A program made the position numbers and the translations under genes. A stretch of 64,000 nucleotides of DNA from Parcubacteria group bacterium (lineage in GTDB: Bacteria; Patescibacteriota; Patescibacteriia; UBA2169). Positions 45,160 through 55,192 of this stretch are shown here, piece after piece; position 1 is the first letter of the stretch, and every line of letters starts with the position of its first letter. Under the pieces are notes generated by a model, which was not told the DNA's origin, searched no databases, and was given only the letters and a program-made list of their open reading frames with translations. The stretch covers positions 18,733 to 82,732 of the forward strand of contig JACOYR010000005.1 in NCBI GenBank assembly GCA_016181765.1. The letters run 5' to 3'.

Positions 45160-45275
45160 AAAACCGCCCAACACTGCAGTCAAGAAGATAATTTCTAAGA
45201 GAATGGCAGCTAAAGCCGCTATTCCTTATGAAGACTATCCCCATGCTTGTCGTGACTGCAGTGTTGGGCGGTTTT
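45160..45275. repeat. 23-bp perfect inverted repeat (AAAACCGCCCAACACTGCAGTCA / TGACTGCAGTGTTGGGCGGTTTT) separated by about 70 nt
   Basis: read directly; lies between vanW-like stop and nif3-like promoter. Confidence 0.7.
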
Positions 45276-45337
45276 CAATGAGTGTGCCTGGAGATTTGTT
45301 TCTTTTTTGGGGACAAGAAAGCATTCTATCATACCCC

Positions 45338-45366
45338 TTGACGTCTGTCAAGGCATGCGCTAAAAT
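45338..45366 (+). promoter_or_regulatory. sigma70-like promoter (TTGACG-17-TAAAAT) overlapping palindrome CTTGACGTCTGTCAAG
   Basis: about 24 nt upstream of nif3-like start. Confidence 0.45.
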
Positions 45367-45389
45367 CACCTACTTAACCACATACGCAT

Positions 45390-46421
45390 ATGATGACCAT
45401 CAGCCAAATTTATAATCTTGCGGTCTCCGAGGGAATCAGCAAGGATCTGCGCGGTCCGGCTCGGGTTCGCGAGCTTTTGAAGCGCGCCAAGTCAAAGTTT
45501 GAGAAGCTCTCGGACGAGAGCAAGGAGGCGTTTGACCAGGAGTCCCTTGCCAATCCCTACTCTGACACGCGCGTGTTCCACGGGGACCTCGGAACCCGCG
45601 TCAAAAAGGCCATGGTTGGCGTTGACATTGATACCGGGGAGGTGATGCTCGCGAACGAGCTCAACCGCCGCAATCCGCAAAGCCCCATTGATTTGATTAT
45701 CAGCCACCACCCGCTCTCGGGCGGCTTGGCTGGTTTGCACGAGGTCATGGATTTGCAGATTGAGCTCTTGGCGCACTACGGAGTTCCCATCAACATTGCG
45801 GACAAGCTCACGCGCCAGCGTATCGGCCAGGTTGAGCGCAGCGTGTCGCCCGCAAACCACGGCCAGTCCGTTGACGCGGCAAAGCTTCTCGGGTTTCCCA
45901 TTATGAGCGTGCACACGCCGACCGACAACCACGTTGCGTCGTACTTGTACAAGGAAATCAAGAAGCGCGAGAAAGAACTGGTGTACGTAAGCGATGTGAT
46001 GCAATTTTTGAAGACCATCCCCGAGTACCGGGAAGCGGCCAAGCAGAAAGCGGGCCCCAAGATTTTTACGGGCTCTCCGGAGAGCTTTGCCGGCAGAATC
46101 GCGGTCACCGAGGTCACGGGCGGCACGGACGGGGCAAAGGAAATCTACGAGCGCTTGGCGCACGCGGGGGTGGGCACCATCATCTCCATGCACCAGCGCG
46201 AGGAGTGGAAAGAAGAGGCTGCCAAGCACCACATCAACGTCATCGTTGCGGGCCACATGTCATCCGATTCGCTCGGACTGAACCTTTTCCTGGATAACCT
46301 GGAGAAGAAGGGCGTGGAAATCGTGCCATGCTCGGGCCTGATCCGCGTGTCCCGCGCGGGCAAAACCTCACCGGCGCGCGGCGCATCAAAGCCGCGGTCC
46401 CGCGTCCGTCCGCGGTGGTAA
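45390..46421 (+). CDS. Nif3/YqfO/YbgI-family dinuclear metal centre protein
   Basis: ...DLIISHHP... and GHxxSE metal-site context; C-terminal Arg/Pro-rich tail. Confidence 0.75.
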   Translation: MMTISQIYNLAVSEGISKDLRGPARVRELLKRAKSKFEKLSDESKEAFDQESLANPYSDTRVFHGDLGTRVKKAMVGVDIDTGEVMLANELNRRNPQSPIDLIISHHPLSGGLAGLHEVMDLQIELLAHYGVPINIADKLTRQRIGQVERSVSPANHGQSVDAAKLLGFPIMSVHTPTDNHVASYLYKEIKKREKELVYVSDVMQFLKTIPEYREAAKQKAGPKIFTGSPESFAGRIAVTEVTGGTDGAKEIYERLAHAGVGTIISMHQREEWKEEAAKHHINVIVAGHMSSDSLGLNLFLDNLEKKGVEIVPCSGLIRVSRAGKTSPARGASKPRSRVRPRW

Positions 46422-46495
46422 GCTGTATTTTAAAAGAGCCTGCCTTATCGGCGGGCTCTTTTTTAACCCATGAATCCGTGGTAAGCTGATAAACT

Positions 46496-47518
46496 ATGGA
46501 AGAAGAGCGCATCATATCATCACAGGTCCGGAACCAGGAAGATACAGTGCTTGACGTGACCTTACGCCCCAGGCGCCTTGTTGAATATATCGGCCAGGCC
46601 AAGGTAAAGCAGAACCTTGAGATTTTTATGGCTGCCGCAAAAAAGCGCGGGGAGCCTATTGAGCACGTGCTTTTGTACGGGCCGCCCGGATTGGGCAAGA
46701 CCACGCTTGCCGGGGTCATTGCCAACGAGATGGGTGTTTCCATCCGCGTCACGAGCGGACCTGCCATGGAGCGCGCTGGGGACGTGGCCGCAATCCTCAC
46801 CAACCTCCAGGAGGGGGACATCCTCTTTATAGACGAAATCCACCGCCTGCCCAAAACCGTGGAAGAGGTTCTGTATCCGGCAATGGAGGATTATTCGCTT
46901 GACCTCATCGTGGGCAAGGGGCCCTCGGCGCGGGTATTAAAGCTTGACCTTCCGCGCTTCACGCTCATCGGGGCGACCACGCGTATCAGCATGCTCTCGT
47001 CCCCGTTGCGCGACCGGTTCGGCGCCGTGTACCCGTTGAGCTTTTATGAGGAGGATGAAATCGGTAGCATCATAGCGCGGAGCGCGAACATACTCAAGAT
47101 CAATGTTGAAAGACAAGCGAACACAATTATTGCTCAACGCGCGCGCCGCACCCCGAGAGTCGCAAACCGGCTCTTAAAGCGCGTGCGCGACTACGCGGAC
47201 GTGAAAGCAGACGGCATCGTGACCGAGAACCTTGCGTATGACGCTCTTGATTTGCTTGAGGTGGACGCGCTGGGGCTTGATACGGTTGATCGGAAAATTC
47301 TCACTGCCATTATTGAGAAGTTCGGGGGCGGGCCGGTTGGCCTCGGGACCCTTGCCGCGGCAACCAGCGAGGAAGAGGCAACCATTGAAGACATCTACGA
47401 ACCGTTCCTTATGCAGCTCGGATTTTTGGAGCGCACGCCGCGCGGCAGAATGACCACGGACCGTTGCCACGAGCACCTGGGAGTGTCCCTTGATGCTGTG
47501 CCAAGATTGTTCGCATAG
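46496..47518 (+). CDS. ruvB: Holliday junction branch migration helicase RuvB
   Basis: Walker [15 protein letters not shown], sensor motifs, C-terminal wHTH. Confidence 0.95.
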   Translation: MEEERIISSQVRNQEDTVLDVTLRPRRLVEYIGQAKVKQNLEIFMAAAKKRGEPIEHVLLYGPPGLGKTTLAGVIANEMGVSIRVTSGPAMERAGDVAAILTNLQEGDILFIDEIHRLPKTVEEVLYPAMEDYSLDLIVGKGPSARVLKLDLPRFTLIGATTRISMLSSPLRDRFGAVYPLSFYEEDEIGSIIARSANILKINVERQANTIIAQRARRTPRVANRLLKRVRDYADVKADGIVTENLAYDALDLLEVDALGLDTVDRKILTAIIEKFGGGPVGLGTLAAATSEEEATIEDIYEPFLMQLGFLERTPRGRMTTDRCHEHLGVSLDAVPRLFA

Positions 47519-47636
47519 GGGTTGCTTTTTTCGGTTAGTTGTGCTATACTGACAATAGTTAAGTTTCCCAGACAGGCACCGAAGCGCATTCGGTGTCTTT
47601 TTGCGTTTAGCGCTCCTATGGGGCCCTAAACGCAAT

Positions 47637-48275
47637 ATGATACTTACGCGGAAACAGTATAGGCGGCTCAAGCGGCTCCTTAGCGTGGCCGTTTTTGCCA
47701 TTATATTTGAACTTGGGCTTCCTCCGGTTTCTTTGGCTGCATACGAGAATTATGCGGCGCTCGCGAACGGAGAAGCAAAACCCTATGAATACGGGGTATT
47801 TGGCGCACAGCCTTCGGTTGATTCGGAAACCATGGTGCTCTCGCGCGAAGAGCGGCTGGATGCGCCATACGCCCTTGATGCGGGCGAATACGCGGGATTG
47901 CCCATTGAAGAAGAGCCTACGGTCGTGCGAGAGCACTGGCTGACCGCGACCGCATACTCGTCCGAGCCCCGGCAGACTGATTCCACGCCGTTCACCACTG
48001 CCTGGATTACGCCGGTGCGCGACGGCGTGGTTGCCTTGAACTTTCTGCCCAAAGGATCAATGGTGCGGTTCCCGGACCTGTACGGGGACAAGGTGTTTAT
48101 TGTTGAGGACCGCATGAACGTGCGCTACCAGTACCGGGTTGACATTTGGATGAACACGCGCGCGGAAGCGAAACAGTTCGGCCTTAAGTACGTGCGCATG
48201 GAAGAGCTCGGCGGCCGCGTGCCGCGCGATTATGTGCTGACCCACTATGAGGCAGCGTTTCCGGGAATGAAGTAA
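47637..48275 (+). CDS. 3D-domain (MltA/RlpA/YoaR-like) cell-wall protein with N-terminal TM
   Basis: TATAYSSEPRQTDSTPFTTAWITPVRDGVVA...FIVEDRMNVRYQYRVDIWM (3D domain three-Asp pattern). Confidence 0.6.
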   Translation: MILTRKQYRRLKRLLSVAVFAIIFELGLPPVSLAAYENYAALANGEAKPYEYGVFGAQPSVDSETMVLSREERLDAPYALDAGEYAGLPIEEEPTVVREHWLTATAYSSEPRQTDSTPFTTAWITPVRDGVVALNFLPKGSMVRFPDLYGDKVFIVEDRMNVRYQYRVDIWMNTRAEAKQFGLKYVRMEELGGRVPRDYVLTHYEAAFPGMK

Positions 48276-48385
48276 TGAACACAAAATGTGTACGCGGGCC
48301 CAGCGTTAAGGTTAAGGCTGGATTTTTTTTAAGAGGTAGCGTATGGTGTATATACGGATTTGACGTTTCTCCGCGCCTGCGGCGC

Positions 48386-48458
48386 GGCCACGTGGCCGAG
48401 TGGTTAGGCAAGGGTCTGCAAAACCCTTTACACCGGTTCAATTCCGGTCGTGGCCTCC
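48386..48458 (+). tRNA. tRNA-Cys (anticodon GCA), U73 discriminator, CCA encoded
   Basis: acceptor GGCCACG/CGUGGCC, anticodon loop CUGCAAA, T-loop UUCAAUU. Confidence 0.75.
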
Positions 48459-48462
48459 ATAA

Positions 48463-48499
48463 CAAAACGACCCGCCGGTTCGGCGGGTCGTTTTGTTTG
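48463..48499 (+). terminator. intrinsic terminator after tRNA-Cys
   Basis: AAAACGACCCGCC-GGTT-CGGCGGGTCGTTTTGTTTGT. Confidence 0.6.
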
Positions 48500-48652
48500 T
48501 GAACCGTTACCCTGGAGGTATCGGCTTTAGCGCCTGATAGTCTCCACAGCACTGTGTTCCACAAATAAAAAAGAAAGAGCGGATCTCTCTGTAGGGATCC
48601 AACGAATCATGAATGAATCGCTCTATCGCACAGAAAGACCGCAGGAAGTATA

Positions 48653-49549
48653 TCACGCGCGCGCGGCTGCGTCAACCATTTTTAGTTTAGCTTCTGTGGA
48701 TATCCCGCCTCCTCGGCGGGCAAGCCGCGCGAGGAGCGCGGTATTCTTGAGCAGCATGGCAACGGTCATGGGCCCCACGCCCCCGGGGACCGGGGAAATC
48801 CACGCAGCTTTCTTTTTGCAGGATGCATCAACGTCACCGGTAATCTTTCCATCAACTTCCGAGGTTCCTACGTCAATCAGTATGCACCCTTCTTTAATCA
48901 TATCGCGAGTGAGCCAGCCCGGCGTGCCCACTGCGGTGATGACAATGTCCGCTTTTTGGGTTTTTTCCGCAATGCGAGGATCCCCGGGCTGCGCGTGTAC
49001 CGGGGCGGCGCCGAATGAGGAGAGAGCGCGCGCGAGGATTTTGACGAATGCTTCGTGCCGGGCAATAATGGCCGCCTGTTTCCCGTGTAATACTTCGCCT
49101 GTTGCAGCGATGAGCTGCACGATTCCCGCAACCAGGCCGGGCATCATTTTTTGCGCGCCCAACCGCTCTGCCTGGATGTTTTTGGGGTGAAATCCGTCTA
49201 CGTCTTTTTTGTAATCCATTGCGGCAATGATCTTGTCTTCATCCAGGTGCGGAGGGAGCGGGAGCTGTATGAGCATAGCATGAATGCCGGGGTCCTCGTT
49301 AAGCCAGCGGACGGTTTGCAGGATTTCGCCTTCTGCCGCATGTTCGCCAAACCGGTACAGGTGAAAATCAATCCCCACCTTTTGGGAAGCTTTCTGCTTG
49401 AGGGACACGTACCGTTCGCTTGCCGGATCATTTCCAACCAGAATCACGGCCAGGCCCGCTTTGAGCTTGAGTTTTTTAATCTGTTCCGCAACTTTTTCCT
49501 GGATTTCATCAGCAATGGATTTTCCGTCTATCTTGTCTGCGTCTGCCAT
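48653..49549 (-). CDS. folD: bifunctional methylene-THF dehydrogenase/methenyl-THF cyclohydrolase
   Basis: ...YVSLKQKA...DVDGFHP...GVGPMTVAMLL. Confidence 0.9.
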   Translation of the reverse strand: MADADKIDGKSIADEIQEKVAEQIKKLKLKAGLAVILVGNDPASERYVSLKQKASQKVGIDFHLYRFGEHAAEGEILQTVRWLNEDPGIHAMLIQLPLPPHLDEDKIIAAMDYKKDVDGFHPKNIQAERLGAQKMMPGLVAGIVQLIAATGEVLHGKQAAIIARHEAFVKILARALSSFGAAPVHAQPGDPRIAEKTQKADIVITAVGTPGWLTRDMIKEGCILIDVGTSEVDGKITGDVDASCKKKAAWISPVPGGVGPMTVAMLLKNTALLARLARRGGGISTEAKLKMVDAAARA

Positions 49550-49552
49550 AGG

Positions 49553-50845
49553 CTACTCTCCGGGTGTTTCGTAGGTCCAGCCTTCATAGAGCGGGTGGGA
49601 GGCGGTCATCTCGCGGACGCGGGCGGCCACGCCCTCCCGCACGTCTCTTTGAGTGGAATTGTGCAATACGTGCGCTATCATTTCTCCGACCTGGGTGAGT
49701 TCATCCTCGTCAAAGCCGCGGGTCGTAAGCGCTGCAGTGCCCACGCGCAGTCCGGACGGGTCCATGGGTTTGCGCGGGTCATAGGGGATCATGTTCTTGT
49801 TCGTGTAAATGCCCACGCCGTCAAGCGCATGCTCCGCTTCTTTTCCGGAGAGTCCGGTGGCGGTCAGATCCAGGAGCACTAAGTGGTTGTCCGTGCCGCC
49901 GGACACCAAATCAATGCCGTTATTCATGAGGCTCGCGGCCAGTGCTTGCGCGTTTTTGATGATGTTTTCCGCATAGTCCGCAAACGAAGGGTGCAAGGCT
50001 TCCTTAAACGCAACCGCCTTGGCCGCAATCACGTGGTCAAGCGGGCCGCCCTGCATAAATGGAAATACCGCAAAGTCCACTTTTTGCGCGAGGTTCTTTT
50101 TGCCGTCCGGCCGCAGGCGGTCTTCTGTTTTGGAGAAAATCGCGGCTCCCCTTGGGCCGCGCAGGGTCTTGTGCGTGGTGGTGGTGACCACGTCCGCGTA
50201 CGGGAACGGCGAGGGGTATGCTTCGCCCGCCACCAGGCCCGCGAAGTGCGCCATATCAACCATCAAGTAGCTGCCGACTTCGTCCGCGATTTTTTTGAAT
50301 GCCTTAAAGTCAAGTATCCGCGTGTACGCGGTGTAGCCCGCGAGCAGCACCCGCGGTTTTTCGCGTACCGCGATCTCCCGCACCTCATCCATGTCAATCA
50401 GGTGCGTGTCCCGGCGCACGCCGTAGGGGACAATCTTAAAAAGCTTGCCGGAAAAATTAACCGGCGAGCCGTGCGTGAGGTGGCCGCCCATGGCAAGGTC
50501 CATGGCCATGACTTTGTCACCGGGCTCTGCCAGGGCAAAGTAGGCTGCCATGTTTGCCTGGGAGCCCGCGTGCGGCTGCACGTTGGCGTGCTCTGCGCCG
50601 AAGAGCTCGCACGCCCGGTCGCGCGCCAGATTCTCTATCACGTCAATGAACTCGTTGCCCCCGTAGTAGCGCTTGCCCGGGTAGCCTTCGGAGTATTTAT
50701 TCGTCAGCGGCGAGCCCAGGGCCTCCAGGACGCTGCGCGAAACCAGATTTTCCGAAGCAATCATTTCCAGGCCGGTTCTCTGCCTCGCGATCTCGTTCTC
50801 AATTTGTTTCGCTACCTCCGGGTCGGACTTCTGTAAATTTTGCAT
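49553..50845 (-). CDS. glyA: serine hydroxymethyltransferase
   Basis: PLP site [14 protein letters not shown]. Confidence 0.95.
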   Translation of the reverse strand: MQNLQKSDPEVAKQIENEIARQRTGLEMIASENLVSRSVLEALGSPLTNKYSEGYPGKRYYGGNEFIDVIENLARDRACELFGAEHANVQPHAGSQANMAAYFALAEPGDKVMAMDLAMGGHLTHGSPVNFSGKLFKIVPYGVRRDTHLIDMDEVREIAVREKPRVLLAGYTAYTRILDFKAFKKIADEVGSYLMVDMAHFAGLVAGEAYPSPFPYADVVTTTTHKTLRGPRGAAIFSKTEDRLRPDGKKNLAQKVDFAVFPFMQGGPLDHVIAAKAVAFKEALHPSFADYAENIIKNAQALAASLMNNGIDLVSGGTDNHLVLLDLTATGLSGKEAEHALDGVGIYTNKNMIPYDPRKPMDPSGLRVGTAALTTRGFDEDELTQVGEMIAHVLHNSTQRDVREGVAARVREMTASHPLYEGWTYETPGE

Positions 50846-50995
50846 ATGGTTTAGATGAAAAACGCGGACCCCCATCCGCTTATACTGGTATCATACCGCG
50901 CTTGCCGCGTTTGTCAAAATAAAGAGGGGCGGCTGCTGATTTTTCCGAATCAGCGGCCGCCCCCGTGCGTAATGCCGTTTTAGGGCATCTTTGAT

Positions 50996-52582
50996 CTATA
51001 CCAGGAGGTGCCCGAGCCCTGCTTCCATCTTTGAGCAATGTGTTCTGTAGGCAGGGGCGCTCACAAAGCCGATTACCGCGTTGCCTGCGGTGTTCCAAAT
51101 TGAGCTCTCCGGCTCTGTGCCGAGCAGCAGCAGCAACTGCTCGCTTCGGCGCAGGGTTCCCTGAGTGTGATCAAGGTGCGCTCGCATGGTTTGTGGCGCA
51201 GGAAGCAGATGTCCTGATTCTTCGTGCGCCATCACCAGGCACCAGGGAGCGGATGGCGTATCAGGGTGTCCCAAGGAAACCGCAATGGGCCTGCCTCCCG
51301 GCACCTTGCCTTGCTTCCCGAAGGCAAGAACCGCGCCTTTTGGCTTTACTTTGTGCCCGTTTGCCATTGCCGCCAGAACAGAGGCGAATATGGACTGGCA
51401 CTTTGCACCGTCACCCGTAAGGTCAAAGCCGCCTATGGTGAGGCGCATTGCCAAGTCTGAAAGCACGTCCGCCGCGCGTTCGCCTTGCATTGAGCGGTCC
51501 ACAACCTGCTCAACCACGGTCAGGGTGAGCGCACAAGCGATATACGTGCTGTCCAGCAGTTCCATAGTGCCCGTGGTTCCGTCAGTTCCGCTGAACGACA
51601 TCGCCGTATGGACCATCGGGGAGCTTGCTGGAGCGTACATCCGCCGTTCGCTCGTGACGGAGCCTGTCCCGTCGTCCGTGGTGATGCGCACCATCCCATT
51701 ACTCAACCAGATGTTGCCGTGGTCGCGTATGAGGTCGTCGACGGTGTCGGGAAGCCCGGGTTTCTGTTCGCAGATGAGTTGGTAAATGCATGCGCTGTAC
51801 GCCGCATGGTTCTGCGCGGTGACGTCTCCTTTAGCTACGGAACCGATGTTCATGAACAGAGCCCCCAGGAATTCAGCCACCAACTCTTCCGCGGTTACGA
51901 CGAGGTTGAGCAGAATCTTGAGGTGGTGCACGCACCACATTGCCTCTAAGCTGTACTGGAAGAGGCAATGCGCGCTTTGGTCATCCAACGGCGGCAAGCC
52001 TTTTAGTTCGGCAAGCCGTTGTCCGTCGCCGTTCAGCAGGTTCTCGGCGATGGGTAGCATCACCTCTTGTAGTTCCGGAAGCGCTTCGCGCGCTTCGGTG
52101 AGCTGCTGGATGACAATGGGATCGCGCGTGTCATGGTGCGTGTCCAGGGGCTTCCCCATAAGGTTGTGGACGAGCGCGGTGCTGCACCTAATGAGATGCA
52201 CCACCCTGTCCCGCGCGTACTTCGCGCTCGTGCGGTAGAGCCTCGTCTTGGTAGTTCTGCTTTGCGTTCGGCTGCTGGTGGCCTTTCCGAAGAGCTCATC
52301 CTTGCGGCTCTTGAGTTCGTTTGGAATGAATACGACGAGTACTTCGGGGATGTGCCGCTCAATGAGCCAGTCAACTTGCTTGGATTCAATCGGCCCCTTG
52401 CTCGGGATCGGAGTGCTGGTAGCTTTCCATGTTTCTGGTCTGACTGCTTCGGCTGCATACACCCGCCAGCCGCTTTCTAGGTGAAGCCTGATTTCCGAGG
52501 GAGTGGCATACGCTGAAAATACGCGTTTTTCCCTCCGGTCGTTTCCTGTGACGAATTCGTTGGTACCATGATATTCTCGCAT
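50996..52582 (-). CDS. hypothetical protein (528 aa), no recognisable domain
   Basis: long ORF with protein-like composition; contains HEESGH. Confidence 0.4.
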   Translation of the reverse strand: MREYHGTNEFVTGNDRREKRVFSAYATPSEIRLHLESGWRVYAAEAVRPETWKATSTPIPSKGPIESKQVDWLIERHIPEVLVVFIPNELKSRKDELFGKATSSRTQSRTTKTRLYRTSAKYARDRVVHLIRCSTALVHNLMGKPLDTHHDTRDPIVIQQLTEAREALPELQEVMLPIAENLLNGDGQRLAELKGLPPLDDQSAHCLFQYSLEAMWCVHHLKILLNLVVTAEELVAEFLGALFMNIGSVAKGDVTAQNHAAYSACIYQLICEQKPGLPDTVDDLIRDHGNIWLSNGMVRITTDDGTGSVTSERRMYAPASSPMVHTAMSFSGTDGTTGTMELLDSTYIACALTLTVVEQVVDRSMQGERAADVLSDLAMRLTIGGFDLTGDGAKCQSIFASVLAAMANGHKVKPKGAVLAFGKQGKVPGGRPIAVSLGHPDTPSAPWCLVMAHEESGHLLPAPQTMRAHLDHTQGTLRRSEQLLLLLGTEPESSIWNTAGNAVIGFVSAPAYRTHCSKMEAGLGHLLV

Positions 52583-52737
52583 GGCCTATCGCTCCTTGAT
52601 TATGAGATGCAGTTTGATGCAGTGTAAAGTCCAAATTGGGAATGTGCGTTGGTTTGCTAAATTGTTTTTATCACTTTTCTATATTTTTGTCAATATTTTG
52701 GTTGCCAGCGCTTCGGCAAGATGGTACGATGTTTCAT

Positions 52738-53739
52738 ATGAAAGCAGGATTTTTTTTACCTCTGGCAGTACTCATTTTGTTCGCGGGAACGCCGCAAACG
52801 CTTGCCAAGGAGGCTGACCCCGCCAGCGCTCCTTGGCAAGCGAAGGATTATTTTTCCTTTGTCGCGGAGGTGCGCGTTCCCGAGGAAGGGGCGCGGGACG
52901 TGGTTGCGGCCGGGGGCGTGGTTGACATCAACAATCCGGTGGCGCAGGACGTGCTTGCTCTCGGGGGAACGGTCATCATCCAGTCGCAGGTATCGGGGGA
53001 CGTGCGACTGGCCGGAAAGCGCGTGGTGATTGCATCCGACATCAGCGGCAACGCGGCAGTGCTCGCGCAGACCGTTGAGATCAGGCCCGGCAGCACCATC
53101 GCGGGTTCCATGGAAATACGCGCCAAGGACGTGGTGATTGAGGGAACCATTCTCGGCGACGCGCACATTGCCGCGGAAACGCTTTTGCAGAACGGCACTA
53201 TCGGCGGAGAACTCACGCATGACCCCATTGGCACGCCAGGCTATGAGCGCTCTCCGATTGCGTGGTTTTTCCGCATCATAAGCCTGTTCGGCATGCTGGT
53301 TACCGGCCTCGTGCTGGTGAGCGTCACTCCGTTGCTGGTGCGCTACATGGTGCGCGAATCAATAAAAAATCCGGGCCGCGATATTCTCTGGGGCGTTGCC
53401 GCCTTGGCGCTCGTGCCCATTGCCGCCTTGGTGCTTAGCCTTACGGTTATCGGGTTTCCGCTGGGCGTGATTCTGGGAACGAGTTTGTTCGTTGCGCTGT
53501 ATATTGCCAAGATTCTGGTTGGTATTGCGCTCGGCACGTACCTCATTGGCGCGTTCCGCGGGCGCGAGGAGGCGCAGAAAGCATCCCTGCTCTGGACCAT
53601 GGTGCTCGGTATCGCCGTGCTCTGGCTCGTTATCGGCATTCCGAGCATTGGCTGGCTCTTGAAGCTCGTTGCTCTGGTATGGGGTTTGGGCATGCTCGTG
53701 CGCCTTGGATTCCGTTTGTTTAAGGCGCTGGAATCTTAA
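52738..53739 (+). CDS. secreted/membrane protein with bactofilin-like beta-helical repeats followed by 4-5 TM helices
   Basis: signal peptide MKAGFFLPLAVLILFAGTPQTLA, repeats GGVVDIN.../GGTVIIQ.../GDVRLAG.../SGNAAVLAQTVEI... Confidence 0.45.
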   Translation: MKAGFFLPLAVLILFAGTPQTLAKEADPASAPWQAKDYFSFVAEVRVPEEGARDVVAAGGVVDINNPVAQDVLALGGTVIIQSQVSGDVRLAGKRVVIASDISGNAAVLAQTVEIRPGSTIAGSMEIRAKDVVIEGTILGDAHIAAETLLQNGTIGGELTHDPIGTPGYERSPIAWFFRIISLFGMLVTGLVLVSVTPLLVRYMVRESIKNPGRDILWGVAALALVPIAALVLSLTVIGFPLGVILGTSLFVALYIAKILVGIALGTYLIGAFRGREEAQKASLLWTMVLGIAVLWLVIGIPSIGWLLKLVALVWGLGMLVRLGFRLFKALES

Positions 53740-53742
53740 GGT

Positions 53743-55077
53743 ATGGGCATCAATCCGAAAATTTTTAAGGCGTACGACATCCGCGGCATATACCCCGGCG
53801 AAGTCAATGAGCATGCCGCGCAGCGGATAGGGCGCGCGTTTGTCGCTTTTTCGGGCGCGCAAAAGATTATCGTGGGCCGTGACGGCCGCGTTTCTGGCCC
53901 GGCTCTGCACGCTTCTCTTGTGAAAGGCATCACCGAGGGGGGGGCTGATGTTTTGGACATCGGCCAGGCATCAACTGACATGTTCTACCACGCGTGCGGC
54001 TCAAAAGGATTGCCCGGCATTATGGTGACCGCGTCCCACAACCCGGCAGAGTACAACGGATTCAAGCTCGTCAAAAAGATGCCGGATCTGGTGAGCGGGG
54101 AGGATTTTCGTGACGCGGTTGCGGGAGCCGAGCTTGCCGCATCTCCTGCAAAGGGTTTGGTGAGCGAGCTGGACATCAAAGATGAGTACGGAAAGAAGAT
54201 GCGGTCGCTGATTGACACGAGCGCCATTCCCCGGGGATTGACGATTGTGGTTGATCCGGCAAACGGCATGGGCGGGGTTGCGTATGATAGTGCGTATAGC
54301 GGTTTGCCGGTGCATACGGTAAAACTGTTCTTTGAGCCGGACGGCACGTTCCCGAACCACGGGGGCGACCCCCTCAAAGAAGAAAACCGGCGCGACCTGT
54401 GCAGCCGCGTGAAAGCGGAAGGCGCTGATCTGGGGTTTGCGTTTGATACGGACGCGGACCGGTTTTTCGCGGTAGATGCGACAGGCACGTACGTTCCCAA
54501 TGACTTTCTCGGCGCTCTACTCGCCAAGTATTTGATTGAGAAGCACGGAGGCGGCACCATTGTGACGGACGCGCTCATCGGCTGGGCCATGCGGGATTTG
54601 GCCAAGGCGGCCGGAGGAAGCGTCTGCATGTCCCGCGTGGGGCACGTGTTCATCAAGCGGGAAATGGACAAGAACAAGGCGCTCTTCGGCGTTGAGAAGA
54701 GCGGGCACTACTATCTCCCTGATTTTTACTTTGCTGAGTCAGCCGTGGGCACGTCTTTGATGCTTTTGGAGATGCTCGGGCACTACGGCAAGCCGCTCCA
54801 TGAGCTCATTCGCCCTCTGCGCGAGAAGTACCACATGATTGAGCAGATGAATTTTGAGGTTAACGATCCAGATGCGGTGCTCGCCGCTGTCCGCGAGCGC
54901 TATTCGCCAAGCTGTGAGATTCAGGAATTGGACGGGATTTCCATCATTGCCGAAAACTGGCACGCGAACGTGCGCAAATCAAACACCGAACCCATGGTTC
55001 GGCTGAATGTGGAGGCGTTGGATAGGGGATTGATGGAACAAAAGCGGGACGAGCTTTTGAAGCTGATTCAAGGATAA
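53743..55077 (+). CDS. phosphomannomutase/phosphoglucomutase family protein
   Basis: active-site TASHNPAEYNGFK, metal loop DTDADR. Confidence 0.85.
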   Translation: MGINPKIFKAYDIRGIYPGEVNEHAAQRIGRAFVAFSGAQKIIVGRDGRVSGPALHASLVKGITEGGADVLDIGQASTDMFYHACGSKGLPGIMVTASHNPAEYNGFKLVKKMPDLVSGEDFRDAVAGAELAASPAKGLVSELDIKDEYGKKMRSLIDTSAIPRGLTIVVDPANGMGGVAYDSAYSGLPVHTVKLFFEPDGTFPNHGGDPLKEENRRDLCSRVKAEGADLGFAFDTDADRFFAVDATGTYVPNDFLGALLAKYLIEKHGGGTIVTDALIGWAMRDLAKAAGGSVCMSRVGHVFIKREMDKNKALFGVEKSGHYYLPDFYFAESAVGTSLMLLEMLGHYGKPLHELIRPLREKYHMIEQMNFEVNDPDAVLAAVRERYSPSCEIQELDGISIIAENWHANVRKSNTEPMVRLNVEALDRGLMEQKRDELLKLIQG

Positions 55078-55095
55078 TTGACCCAAAGGTGATTA

Positions 55096-55192
55096 GTAAA
55101 AGGCATATGCTCACGATTTAGCGGGACCCCCCGCTTGCCCGAGGCGTAACTCGGTCAAGCGTACCCGATAATCGTTCGCATATGCCTTTTAC
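55096..55192. repeat. nested inverted-repeat element with core CCGAG-GCGTAA-CTCGG hairpin between convergent pgm-like and trpS genes (family copy B)
   Basis: outer arms GTAAAAGGCATATGC / GCATATGCCTTTTAC; inner GCTTGCCCGAG GCGTAA CTCGGTCAAGC. Confidence 0.6.

Noticed and set aside
48290-48385. Promoter for tRNA-Cys (TTGACG at 48359)
   Set aside because: The spacing would put the -10 inside the tRNA. No convincing -35/-10 pair was found upstream, so none is reported.
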